From contig MU053758.1 of NCBI GenBank assembly GCA_013239625.1, positions 1,426,001 to 1,490,000 on the forward strand: 64,000 bases of DNA, written 5' to 3'. How positions within the stretch are numbered: the first letter of the stretch is position 1; each line of letters begins with the position of its first letter. This document shows, piece by piece, positions 13,283-26,104 of this stretch. The notes under the pieces are model-generated. The model did not search any database. It was not told where the DNA came from and saw only the letters and a list, made by a program, of their open reading frames with translations. Source of the stretch: Lama guanicoe. Taxonomy: Eukaryota. The position numbers were made by a program, and so were the translations under genes.

Positions 13283-14080
13283 AAGTGATGGCAAGGATGT
13301 AAAGAAAAGGGAACCCTTGCAATACTGTTGGTGAGAATGTAAACTGGTAGAGCCATTATGGAAAATAGTATGGAGGTTCTTCAAAAGAGTGAAAATAGAA
13401 CTACTTTATTATCCAGCAATCCCACCTCTGGGTATACATATAAAGGAAAGGAAATCATTATCTCCCATGTTCATTGCAGCATTATTCACAACAGCCATGG
13501 ATATGGAAACAACCTGAATGTCCATCGATGACAGATGAATGGATAAAGAAAATATGCTGTTTTGTGTGTGTGTATATTATTCAGCCTTAAAAAGGAAAGT
13601 CCTGCCATGTGTGACAACATGGATGAAACTGGAGGACATTATGCTAAGTGAAACAGACACTGAAAGACATATACCGCATGGTATCATACATACGGAATCT
13701 GAAATAAATTCACAGAAGCAGAAAGTAGAATACTGGTTGCCAGGAGCAAGGGGAAATGGGGAGACATTGGTCAAAGGGAACAAAGTTTCAGTTATGCAAG
13801 ATGCCTAAGTTCTAGGAATCTGCTGTACATTTAATATGACTATAGTTAACAATACTGTATTATGTACTTGAATTTTGCTAAGAGGGTAGATCTTAAAGTG
13901 TTCTAACCATAAAAAAACAAAATAAAACAAGATAAAGAAAATGGTAACTATGTGAGGTGATGGATATGTTAATTAGCTTGTGATAGTTACTTCACAATGT
14001 ATCTGTACACCAAAATATCAAGTTGCATACTGTAAATATACATTTTTATTAATTATACTTCAATAAAACTGGAAAAAAGT
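13283..14080 (+). mobile_element. L1MA-like 3' end
   Basis: ORF2 C-terminal region, then 3' UTR aattttgctaagagggtagatcttaa...tacttcaataaaactggaaaaaa. Confidence 0.85.
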
Positions 14081-14359
14081 ATATAATACAATATTATATA
14101 ATATTATGGAATCAGTTTTTCTCTCCATTTAATCTAAAAAGTACATAATTTACCATTTTTATGTTCATTTCCTTAATATTTAAAACACTGTACAGAACCG
14201 TACAATTAGTAAATATCTTGACTGTAAAATACAAATTAAAGCTAATGAAAAGTAATGCCAAATGTAATTTTGTTTGTTATACATAATAGAATAAGCATAT
14301 GAAGAAATTCAGGCCTAACAAATATGACAGACTTACTCCATTTCTTCAGATTTTTGCCT

Positions 14360-14500
14360 CAGTTCACTCAATAAGTATTTACTGAACACCTACTATATGT
14401 CAGATACCATGGAAGACCACAAGTGAAAAAGAATGAGTCACGGTCTTGGTCCTTAAGTAACTTAGATTCTAATAGGAAGTAGTATAGACACAAACTAATA
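14360..14500 (-). mobile_element. L2 3' end
   Basis: ttcactcaataagtatttactgaacacctactatatgtcag. Confidence 0.7.
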
Positions 14501-14516
14501 GTTAAATTATGGAGTG

Positions 14517-15153
14517 TTTACTCCTACACTGCTGGTGGGAATGTAAATTGGTGCAGCCACTATGGAGAACAGTATGGAGGTTCCTTAAAAAACTAAAAAT
14601 AGTTACCATATGATCCAGCAATCCTATTCTTGGGCATATATCTGGAGAAAACTCAAATTCAAAAAGATACATGCACCCCAATGTTCACAGCAGCACTATT
14701 TACAGTAGCCAAGATATGGAAGTAACCTAAATGTCCACTGACTGATGAATGGATAAAGAAAATGTAACATAAATGTGTATATATATGACTATTACTCAGG
14801 CATAAAAAAGAATGAAATAATGCCACTTGCAGCAACATGGATGGACCTACACATTATCATATTAAGAGAAGTAAGTCAGACAAAGAAAGACAAACATCAT
14901 ATGATATCACTGATATGTGGAATCTAAAAAAAAATGATACAAATGAACTTATTTACAAACCAGAAATAGACTCACAGACAGAAAACAAATTATGGTTACC
15001 AAAGGGGAAAGTGGGGGAGGGATAAATTACAAGTCTGGGATTAACATATACAGCCTACTGTATATAAAATAGAAAAACAACAAGGACCTAGCACAGGGAA
15101 TTATATTCAATATCTTATAATAAACTATAATGGAAAAGAATCTGAAAAAGAAT

Positions 15154-15186
<33 letters not shown>

Positions 15187-15255
15187 ACTGAGTCACTTTG
15201 CTGTATACCTGAAACTAACACATTGTAAATCAACTATACTTCAATTTAAAAAAAT
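14517..15255 (+). mobile_element. L1 3' end with internal (CA)n
   Basis: ctcctacactgctggtgggaatgtaaattggtgcagcc through aatcaactatacttcaatt. CA repeat at ~15154-15186. Confidence 0.9.
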
Positions 15256-16711
15256 TTTTAATACGACATGGTTAAATTGACGACAGGAAGTAGACTGTGG
15301 TAATAAGTGCATGGACCTTAGGAGTCAAACTGCCTAGGTTTGAATCAGTTGCCAATTTTATGACCCATAGTAAGTTATATAACCTCTCAGTACCCAGGAA
15401 TGTCTATATGATTATGTAATGCATTTAGTGCCTAGCACAGAATAAACAATGAATTCTTCATTATTTTTATTATTGTTATTATTAACATAATTATTATTAT
15501 GAAAAATGGTACCCTTTGTTGGGCATCTAACCTGTTCTAAAGGTTAGGAAACCTAACTTAGGAAGACAAATACTGCCTTCTATGATCAAACCATAAGTCA
15601 TCTAAATTCTTAAAACAACAGTCACTAAAGCAATCCATATCACTTTAAAGCTGTTGGAATAGTGTTTTAAAAGTTGCCAAATACAAATAAAAATTTAAAA
15701 CTATAATATACTCATACATTCTATATTTGTACATAGCCATATGGAAACTTGGACTATTCCTCATCAGAGAGTCTTTGGCTATCATTCAAAAGCAACTAAA
15801 GCGAAAGTGAAAGAATGTAAATATGTGCAATTGCAAACTTCGTGTTCTTTATCTCTGACTTGTACTAAAAAGGAATAAAAGGGTTGACTAGTGGTATCAT
15901 TTGGAAAGTTCCTTCTAATGGAAGGATTTATTTAATCTGACTCCAGTCTGAGCTAACAGTACTTAAAGATTACTTATTTTAAAATGGATCCTTTCTGCGT
16001 GGAAAGCAGAACATGGTTCACAGATAAACTCAGAAATCCCAACAAGATCAGGAATTAAAAGTATAAGATTTTATCTTAATTTTAATACTGTATAAATTTT
16101 TCCCTTTAAAAAATATTTCTTCGGTTTGTCTCTATTGTCTTTGCAATTGGTTTTAAGTTTCTTGTAGATAAAGGATATTTCAGACATGCTTTCACACTTA
16201 ACAAACTACTGCTTATAAATGGATATTAAATAAAATCTCCTTGAAAGACTACACAAATGACCATCTAAGCAAAAAGAAAAATCTTTCATATGGGGGGGAA
16301 GGGAAGGCCTCAAATAAACAATAAACTTCCTACAGCTAATTTTAATCTGAAAAGTGAGCAGACAGGCAGAATCTGGGAGATAGAAGGGGACTTTCTGCAC
16401 AATATTACCTGAAGTTCCACAATAACTAAAGGTACTTGCTTCTAGCATAATTATGATGCTTACATAAATAACACAATTATTTCTGTATACACCAACAAGA
16501 CGTAAATAAGCCAAAATGATAAATGTTTATAAGGCAGCCACATAATGTAGGTTAGGAATCAGTGCTTAAATGTTAGAACCATATATACCCTCAGAGCAAA
16601 GTTCCATTAAAATGGGAAATAGGAGAATGTAAGAAGGAAAAAAAAACCTACTCTCCAAAATTGTCCCTGAATTGCTTGTGGTTGTCAAAGCATGTCAAGA
16701 TAGGACCTGTA

Positions 16712-16871
16712 GGGCGGAAGGGTATGGCTCAGTGTTAGAACACATGCTTCGCATGCACAAGGTCCTGTGTTCAATCCCCAATACCTCCATTAATAAATAA
16801 ATAAAACTAATTACCTCCCTCACAAAAAAAAGAACCCAAAAATTAAAAAAATAGATATATATATAATTAAA
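16712..16871 (+). mobile_element. Vic-1-like tRNA-derived SINE
   Basis: Degenerate A box (TGGCTCAGTGTT) and B box (GTTCAATCC), AT-rich tail. TSD AAGATA(G/A)GACCT(G/A)TA at 16697-16711 and 16872-16886. Confidence 0.9.
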
Positions 16872-16950
16872 AAGATAAGACCTATAAAAAATGGTGCAGT
16901 TCTAGTAAGAAACTGATACCAACTTCCATAATAAAGCTATATAGCCTCTT

Positions 16951-17612
16951 TTTTTAACATTTTTTTCACTGAGTTATAGTCACTTTACAATGTTGTGTCA
17001 AATTCCAGTGCAGAGCACAATTTTTCAGTTACACACGAACATACATATATTCATTGTCACATTTTTTTTCGCTGTGAGCTACCACAAGATCTTGTATATA
17101 CTTCCCTGTGCTATACAGTATAATCTTGTTTATCTATTCAATGTTTTGAAATCCCAGTCTGTCTCTTCCCACCCCCCACCCCCTTGGCAACCACAAGTTT
17201 GTATTCTATGTCTATGAGTCTGTTTCTGTTTTGTATTTATGTTGTTTTTGTTGTGTCTTTTTTAGATTCCACATATGAGTGATCTCATATGGTATTTTTC
17301 TTTCTCTTTCTGGCTTACTTCACTTAGAATGACATTCTCCAGGAATATCCGTGTTGCTGAAAATGGCATTACTTTGTCAGTTTTTATGGCTGAATAGTAT
17401 TCCACTGTATAAACATAACACATCTTCTTTATCCAGTCATCTGTTGATGGACATTTAGGCTGTTTCCAATGTCTTGGCTATTGTAACTAGTGCTGCTATG
17501 AACATTGGGGTGCAGGTGTCTTTCTGAAGTAGGTTTCCTTCTGGACATATGCCAAGGAGCAGGATTCCTGGGTCATATGGTAAATCTATTCCTAGTCTTT
17601 TGAGCACTCTCC
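16951..17612 (-). mobile_element. Young L1 3' end, same family as 3443-5633
   Basis: 17154-17530 closely matches 3443-3821. T tract at 16949-16955. TSD ATAGCCTCTT at 16941-16950 and 17613-17622. Confidence 0.92.
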
Positions 17613-18099
17613 ATAGCCTCTTCATGTATAGTTGCCACAATTCAGAAATCTAATCTACTGACAAGTTTCCTTACACCCAATATGGATCAATCATTAATAT
17701 ATCTGGACTAAACATATGAGAAAGTTTTAGTTTCCATTTAAAATGGTCTCAGTTTCATCTTTCTAAGGAAGAAAGGGTGGATAAGCAGACAAGTCATACT
17801 CAATATAATTAGTATAAATCCTATTAAGAATTATTTTAAGACAAGTTCTAATATTTCTGGAATAAGTCCCAAGATGACTCAGTAACCAAATGGTCAAAGA
17901 ATGTTACTTAGGAATTCTAATTTGTAGACTCATAACACCACATACTGAATCAAATCCAGAAAACATTAACTGGAATATGAAAATATAGAAAGACATCACA
18001 AAAGAGAATTCTAACTCAAAATGCAAAATCAAAATAGCCTTTCAGTAAGATGTGGATTATCATGGAGGGAGAAAGCTAATTTTAAAAATTCATTCAATT

Positions 18100-19010
18100 G
18101 ACAGATTGAACTAGTATGGCAAAAGATATTATAAAAAAATTAAAACACAAAAGACAGACCTGATGAAACACTTGTAATATAGACAACAAAGGATGTATCT
18201 ACTATATATCATGTATCTTCAAAGCAATACAAAAATAGGCCCAAAAGAATTACAAATGTACAACTGTTACCAAAAGATATTCAACCCTATTAATTAAAAG
18301 TTCAAATAAAACAATTTATTTTTCATTTCTCAGATTAGAAAAGAATAGAAAGACTGATAATAACATCCAGTGTTAATGGCAATATAGACACCCAATGTCA
18401 AAGAAATGAATATTCTCATATTCTTGATAGGAATGTATAATGATGCAACTTTTTAGGGGGGATATTTGATCATCTATAACAGATAATTTGATATCTATTA
18501 AAAATTCAACACAGTCCTTAGTTTTGACACAATTTACAGGTATAATCACAGTGGTGCACAAAGATGTCCTCTGCACTACTGTTTAATAGCCAAAATAGTG
18601 AGGGCTAACCAAAATGTGCAACATAAAGAAATGGCTTAACATTGTAAATCAACTATATTTAATAAAAAAAAAGTTTTTAAAAAATGGCTCTGTAAAATAA
18701 TACATCTATACAGAAGAATACCAAACCTTTATGAAACAGATCTATACATGTTGCCGTAAAAGATGTACAAACATTAGGTTAAAAAAAGCAAGCTGCAAAA
18801 CATTATATATATATCATAATCTAACTTCTATAATTAACGGAAAAAAACTTGCATGTCTAAAAGAATTCATTTCAGATCATTAACAGTGGTTACTTCTGAG
18901 ACTGGTGGGGTAGGAGGTATAATGAAGGGAGGGAAGAAGATTTTCACATTTCATATTCTATATTTTTTTATTTTATTATAACAAGTATGTACTCCTTTTA
19001 TAATTTTAAA
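18100..19010 (+). mobile_element. Ancient L1ME-like remnant
   Basis: Degenerate ORF2/3' UTR motifs (taacagtggttacttctgag). Interrupted by a ~45-nt L1 tail at 18637-18681. Confidence 0.55.
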
Positions 19011-19799
19011 AGATAAGCAAAACAATATATTAAATACCATGTGACGAAGATAACCTATAACTGTTTTAACTGTTCATTTTAAAAATTATTTCTGTGTAAT
19101 GTTTACAAAATATTTTAAACTTTAATAACAATCTTCAGATCATTAAATCATCATCTTAATACTTGCTAATAATGATAACTTATATCTAGCCAGTAACTTT
19201 TGTACCTATAAACAGCTGAATGAAAATCATCTCCTGCTACAGATTTCACAATGAAATACGTTTCACATTTTAAAATGATGTGTCTAGACTCCCAATTTGG
19301 CTATGACAGCTTAGCTGGTATCAGAACAACTATAAATACTAAGAGTTTTTAAATGTTTTATGTGTTTGAATGAGAATCACACAAAGATCAACTCTAGATT
19401 CATGGGCTCTTTATTTCCTTGATGCATTTTGCTGACTTCTAAGCAGAACACAGAGGCCAATGAAGAAAACAGTCATAAGGCTTGCAACAGTCTCACTAGG
19501 CTGGGGATTCAAAAACTGGAATTCAGGACTACCAAGGCAGTCAGCCTTCATATGGCCAAGATCCCAGAAAAATGAAATAACAGATAAAATCTAACATTCT
19601 TCATTCAATTTCCCCACAAGGCATCTGCTGGCTCCTATATTTCAGCAGTTTTATGATGGCAGAGAACTAGAAATTGTATTTTAGGGCTCAGAAAGGAAGG
19701 GAAAACCTTAGCAAAGACCTCTAACAGGGCTATAAACCAGAAATAAGGGCAAATAGGGGGGTGAGGGAGAGATTCAACAGGATCAAGATGATCTTCCTT

Positions 19800-20007
19800 A
19801 ATGAAAGACTGAAAGCTTTCTCCCTAAGATAGAGAACAAGACAAGGATGCTTGCTTTTGCCATTTCTATTCAACACTATACTTGAGGTTCTAGCTAGGGT
19901 AATTAAGAAAAAAAAAAAGAAATAAGAGGCATCCAAATTAGAAAGGAAGAAATATAATTATTTCTGTTCACAGATTAAATGATCTTATATGTAGAAAACC
20001 CTAAAGC

Positions 20008-20041
<34 letters not shown>

Positions 20042-21940
20042 AGAAGACATAAATGAATTCAGCAAAGTTGAAAGATACAAAACCAACATACAAAAAAATT
20101 AGTTGTATTTCTATACACTAACAATGAACAATCTCAAAAGAAAATTAATAAAACCATTCCATTTATACTAGCATCAAAAATAATATAAAATACTTAGGAA
20201 AAAATTTAACCAAGGAAGTGAAAGACTTGTATACTAAAAAATACAAAACATTGCTTAAAGAAGTTAAAGAAGACACAAATAAATGGAAAGACATTCCTTG
20301 TTCATGGATTACAAGACTTAATATTGTTAAGATGTCCATAATATCCAAAGTGATCCACATATAGATTCACTGCAATCTCTCTCAAAAGTCCAACAGTGGG
20401 GTTTTTTTGCAGAAATTTAAAAAATCACCCAAAATGCACAAGGAATTTCAGAGTACCCCATACAGCCAAAACAATCTTGAAAAAAAGAACAAAGTTTAAA
20501 GTCTCACATTTCCTGATTTCAAAGCTACAGTAATCCCAAAAAGTATGGTACTGGTATTAAGAAGATATATAGATCAATGGACTAGAACAAAGAGCCCTGA
20601 AATAAACTCTTGCATATATGGTCAAATGACTTCCAACAAGGGTGCCAAGACCTTTCAATGGGGAAAGGGCAGTCTTCAAAAAATAGTATTTGGAAAACTG
20701 GATATCCACATGCAAAAGAATGAAGATGGACCCTTTACACCATATACAAAAATTATATACAAAAAATGGATCAAAGATCTAAATGTGGGAACTAACACTG
20801 TAAAAATCTTAGAAGAAAATGTAAGCGAAAAGTTTCATGACATTGGATTTGGCAATGATTTCTTGGATATTACATCAAAAGCACAGGCAGCAAAAGGAAA
20901 AATAGTCAAGTTGGATTTCATCAAAATTTAAAACTTCTATGTGTCAAAAGACACAATCAACAGAGTGAAAAGGCAGCCTACAGAAAAGGAAAAAATATCT
21001 GCATAATATATCTGATAAGGGGTTAATATCCAGAATACGTGAAGAACTCCTACACATAAACAACAAACAACCCAACCTAAAAATGGACAAAGGAGTTAAA
21101 CAGACATTTCTCCTAAGATGTACAAATATTAAGTGTATGAAGATGCTTAGTATCACTAATCATTAGAGAAATACAAATCAAAACACAATGAGATACAACT
21201 TAATACCTATTAGGATGTTATTACCAAAAAAATAAAATAACAAGTGGTAGCAAGGATGTGGAGAAACTGGAACACTTGTGTACTACTTACTAGTAGGAAT
21301 GTAAAATAGTACAGCCACTACAGAAAACAGTATGGCAAAAAAATTAAAAATAGAATTACCATATGTTCAAGTCATTCACTTTGGGGTACATATTCAAAAG
21401 AATCAAAACAGAGTCTCAAAGAGAAGTCTGTACACTTCTGTTCATAGCAGCATTATTTACAATAGCTAAAAGGTGGAAACCAACCAAATACCTACTGACA
21501 GATATACAGATAAACAAAATGTGATACATACACACCACATTTCCTTAAAAAGGAAATTCTGAAACATGCTACAACATGGATGAACCCTAAAGATACTATG
21601 GTAAACGAAATCGGTCAGTCATAAAATGACAATTGCTATATGATTCCACTTATATGAGGTACCTAGAGTAGTCAAATTCATAAAAACAGGAAGTAGAATG
21701 GTGGCTGCCAAGGGCTGAAGGATGGAGAAAATGGGGAGTTATTGTTTCAGTGGGTACAGAGTTTGGTTTTGGGTACAGTTTGGTTTTGCAGTGTTAGGTT
21801 TTAAAGAGTTGTGGAGATGGACAGTAGTGATGATTGCTCAACAATGTAAGTGTGTACCAATGAACTGTACACTTATAAATGGTTAAGATGATAAATTATA
21901 TGTTATGTGCTTTTTACCACAATTTAAAAAAAGATAAAAA
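19800..21940 (+). mobile_element. L1MA/L1MB-like ORF2 3' half plus 3' UTR
   Basis: ORF 20545-20931 is ORF2-like (IDQWTRTKSPEINSCIYGQM...KWIKDLNV). 3' UTR ends ttttaccacaatttaaaaaaa. Confidence 0.9.
20010..20038. repeat. (CA)n microsatellite
   Basis: Directly visible. Confidence 0.95.
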
Positions 21941-21999
21941 GATCATCTGGCTATATTGTCTGCCAAAAAACACAAAAGAAGAAGAGTCAATTCTTCCCT

Positions 22000-23230
22000 A
22001 GAATGAGCTAAAATCTGCTGAGAGAAATTAAGGAAGATCTGCATAAATAGAGAAATATGTATTTTTCATGAAGTGGTAAAGCTCAATATTGCTCTCCCCA
22101 ATGGAGTCAATGCAATCCCTATGACAATATCAACAGATTTTTGTAGAAATTGACAAGCTGATTCTAAAACTTATATGAAAATTAAAGGGTGTAAAATAGC
22201 CAAAATCACTTTTAAAAAGAACAGAAATGGAGCACTTACAATACCTTATTTCAAAACTTTAAACAGAACAAAACATAGAGTACAGAAATTCAAAGCGGAA
22301 AGAAAAACCTGTATAACAAATGGTCCTAGAGCAAGTAGACAGCCAATAATTAATTAATTAACTAATTACAGAATCTCTACCCTTACCTCATACCATATAC
22401 AAAATTCAACTGAAAATACATCAAAGACCTAAACATAAAAGCTAAAATTATAAAACTTCTAGAAGAAAACACAGAAGACAATCTTAATGTCCCTGAATTT
22501 TCCAACATCTTAAATAGGTCATGGAGGGAGGGTATAGCTCAGTGGTAGAGTGCTTGCTTAGCATGTACAAGGTTCTGGGGTCAATAAATTAATGAATTAA
22601 TTAATACATAAACCTAATTACCTTCTCCCTATCAAAAATTTTTAATTAAAAAAATTAAATAGGTCATAAAAAAACATGAACTGTAAAAGAAAAATTCAAT
22701 AAACTATAGTTCACTGAAATTTAAAACTTATGCTCTTCAAAAAACATTGTAACAAAAATGACAAGGCAAGCCACAGGCTTGGAGAAAGTATTTCCAAAAC
22801 ATAAGTTCGAGGAAGGCTTGTATGTGAAATATATAAAGAACTCTTAAAATTCAATAAGAAGATAAACAACTCCCTCCAAATGGCAAAAGGTCTGAATAGA
22901 TATTTCAGCAAGGATGATATATGAATGGCAAATGAGGACATGAAAAGAAGCTTGACATCATTAGCCATTAGGGAAATGTAAATTAAAAACACAAGATACC
23001 ACTATTCAACCACTTGAATAGCTAAAATTTAAAAGTTGGAATAGAACAAGTGTTAGCAAGGATTTGGAGCAACTGGAATTCTCACACACAGCTGATGGGA
23101 CTATAAAATGGTACAATCATTTTGGAAAACTGGCAGTTTCTTTAACCTTATGATATGATACAGCCACTGTATTCCCAAGTATGTATCCAAGAGAAATGAA
23201 AGCATATGTCCACAAAAGGACACAGATTGC
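22000..23230 (+). mobile_element. Older L1 ORF2 fragments
   Basis: gaaattgacaagctgattctaaaac and aaaacttctagaagaaaac motifs. Interrupted by a SINE at 22523. Confidence 0.75.
22523..22654 (+). mobile_element. Vic-1-like SINE
   Basis: GGGAGGGTATAGCTCAGTGGTAGAGTGC head. TSD TTAAATAGGTCAT at 22510-22522 and 22655-22667. Confidence 0.92.
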
Positions 23231-24387
23231 ATTTACATTTTAAAAATGCAATCTTTTATACTGGAAATAAAAATAAAATCACCAGGAGTATTTCTGGTAT
23301 CTGGTCTTGCATGTAAGGAGCTTAGAAGTTGCCACTCCATCCTAACAAGTAAAAAGCTGGCAAAACTGAAAAATCAACAATTCTCCTTAGTTCCACCAGA
23401 CGATAAAGGGCAAACCACTGCTGAAAAAATTGGAAACAGGAAAATACACAAAATCATAACTTACCAGAGCAGAAACCCACAAGAAGAAACCACCCCTGGC
23501 AACCAGTGCTAGGGTAGGAAAACCTGAGCTGTAATTGATGAAGTGGTGGAGGTTCAGTTTTGAGAGTTTAAAATTCCAGGGGGACCCTCATGCCTTTGTT
23601 GAGTTTTACCTCCAAGAGCACTACCAGGTCCTAATGGTGAACATCACAGAAAAATCCCCTCATGCTTCTGGCAGGGGGGAAGAAAGGAAACCATTTCGAA
23701 ATATGCTAGAGCATTCTGTTATTCTTAACAAAACCTGCCCTCAGGAGAAACTATTTACTACAGCTTAACCTACTGGAGTTTTATCAGAGCCTAACCTACT
23801 TGGTTAAAGGAAATACCCAATTCCAGCCCCTCCAGCCATCCTGTTCCATCTAAGAGAGTAAGAAAATCTGAGAAGCACCAACGAAGCTCACAGTCCAGGA
23901 GCATAAACTCAACAAAAGACTAAGACTTGATCATAGGACTAAAGAATGCTTCTCCTCCCCTTTTAGGTTACCATTGCATTATTAAAGGCCTATTAATTGC
24001 AGTTCCTTTTACCCAAACATCATGTCTGCCTTTCAACAAAAAAACTGCATGGCATACTAAAAGACAGAAAACACAATTTAAAGAGACTGAACATGCATCA
24101 AAACCAGAATCAGATATGGCAGGAAAGTTGGAATTACCAGACCAGTAATTCTTTTAAAACTATGGCCAATATCTAAGAAAGGATAATGCAAGCAGAGAGA
24201 TGGAAATTCTAAGAAAGAATAAAAAGAAATGCTAGAGATCAAAAACTCTGCAACAGAAATGAAGAATGTCTTTGATGGGCTCATTATTAGACTGGACACA
24301 GCTGAGAAAAGAATCTCTGAGCCTCAGGACATGAGAACAGAAACTTCCAAAACTAAGAAGCAAAGAGAAAAAGACAGAAAGAAAGAC

Positions 24388-24627
24388 AGAAAGAAGGAAG
24401 GGAGGGAGGAAAGGAAAGGAAAGGAAAGGAAAGGAAAGGAAAGGAAAGGAAAGGAAAGGAAAGGAAAGGAAAGGAAAGGAAAGGAAAAGAAGGAAGGAAG
24501 GGAGAAAGAAAGGAGGGAAAGAGAAAAAAAAAAAAAAGGGAAGGGAAGGGAAGGGAAGGGGGGAAGGGAAGGGAAGGGAAGGGAAGGGAAGGGAAGGGAA
24601 AGGAAAGGGAAGGAAAGGAAAGGAAGA
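24388..24627 (+). repeat. 240-nt pure-purine compound microsatellite (GGAAA)n/(GGGAA)n
   Basis: Directly visible. No pyrimidine between 24388 and 24627. Confidence 0.98.
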
Positions 24628-25375
24628 CACCCAAGAACTGTGGGAAAACTACAAAAGGTGTAACATACATATAACAGGACTACCAGAAGGAGAAAAGGGA
24701 AAAACAAAAACAAACAAACAAACAAAAAACCAGAAGCAATATTTGAAGCAATAATGACTGAGAATTTCCTCAAATTAATGTCAGACACCAAACCAGATCC
24801 AGGAAGTTCAGAGAAGACTAAGCAGGATAATGGGGAAAACAAAACAAAACAAAAAAACAAAACACAACTACAGCTAGGCATATCATATTTAAAATTAAGA
24901 AAATCAAAGCTAGAGGGAAAAAAAATCTTGAAAGAAGTCAGAGGGAAAAAACACCTTTCCTATAAAGGAACAAAGATGAGAATTACATCTGACTTCTCAG
25001 AAGCCATGCTAGCAAGAAGAGAGTGAAATTAAATCTTTAAAGTACTGAGAGAAAAAATTCTACCTAGAATTCTGTACTTTTCAAAATTATTCTTCAAACT
25101 GAAGGAAAATCTTTCAATCTTTTTGTGAACCTAAACTGCTCTTAAAAATAAATTCTTTTTTAAAAGTGAGGAGAAATAGACTTCCCCAGACAAACAAAAT
25201 TGAGGGAATCTGTTTCCAGTAGACATGCTTTACAAGAAATGTTAAAAGCACCTTAGAAGGAAAATTACATAGGTCAAAAACTGAGATCTACATAAAGAAA
25301 GGAAGGGCATCAGAGAATGAATAAGTGAGAGTAAAATTAAAATGTTTACTTTTCTTATTCCCAATTGATCTAAAA

Positions 25376-25513
25376 GGGGGAGAATATAGCTCAAGAGGTC
25401 GAGCTCATGCTTAGCATGCACAAGGTCCTGGGTTCAATCACCAGTAGGTCCTCTAAAAATAAATAAACCTAATTATCTCCTACCACAAAAAAGAAAAAAA
25501 AAGAAAAAAAAAA
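25376..25513 (+). mobile_element. Vic-1-like SINE
   Basis: tRNA-like head, CCTGGGTTCAATC B box and A tail. TSD AATTGATCTAAAA at 25363-25375 and 25522-25534. Confidence 0.92.
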
Positions 25514-26104
25514 GTCATCTTAATTGATCTAAAAGATAATCGTTTGTCAAAATAGTAATAGCAGCAATGTATTTGACTATATTGGCTCCTGTGTGGATGA
25601 GTATGTCTAAGTGAAATGAATGACAGCAATGATAAAAGGGATGGGAAGGAAGAACTAGGAATATTTTGTTATTATAAGGTATTCACATTGCCTGTGAAGC
25701 AGTATACTTTTATATGAAAGTGGACTGGATCAGTAGTAAATGTATACTGCAAACTCTAAGGATATCACTAAAAACAACTCTAAAAGAAGTATAATTGATA
25801 TGCTAAGAAAGGAGAGAAAATGGCAGCATATAAAATGTTCAGTTAAAACCACAAAAGGCAGAAAAAGTATGGAAGACAAAAACAGGAACAAAGTACAAAT
25901 GCAACAAATAGAAAACAGTAACAAATAAGGTAGATACCAATCCAACAGTATCAATAATGTCCTTAAACATCAATGGTCTAAATACACCAATGATAAAACA
26001 GAGGTTGTCAGAGTAGATCAAAAAATAAGACCCAACTACATGTTGTCTACAAGAAACCCACTTTAAATATAAAGACACATATAAATTAAAAATAAAGGGA
26101 TGGA

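Noticed and set aside
24229..24881. ORFs of 105-185 aa with KGKER or FPFLS repeats
   Set aside because: Translations of the purine microsatellite embedded in decayed L1 ORF1.
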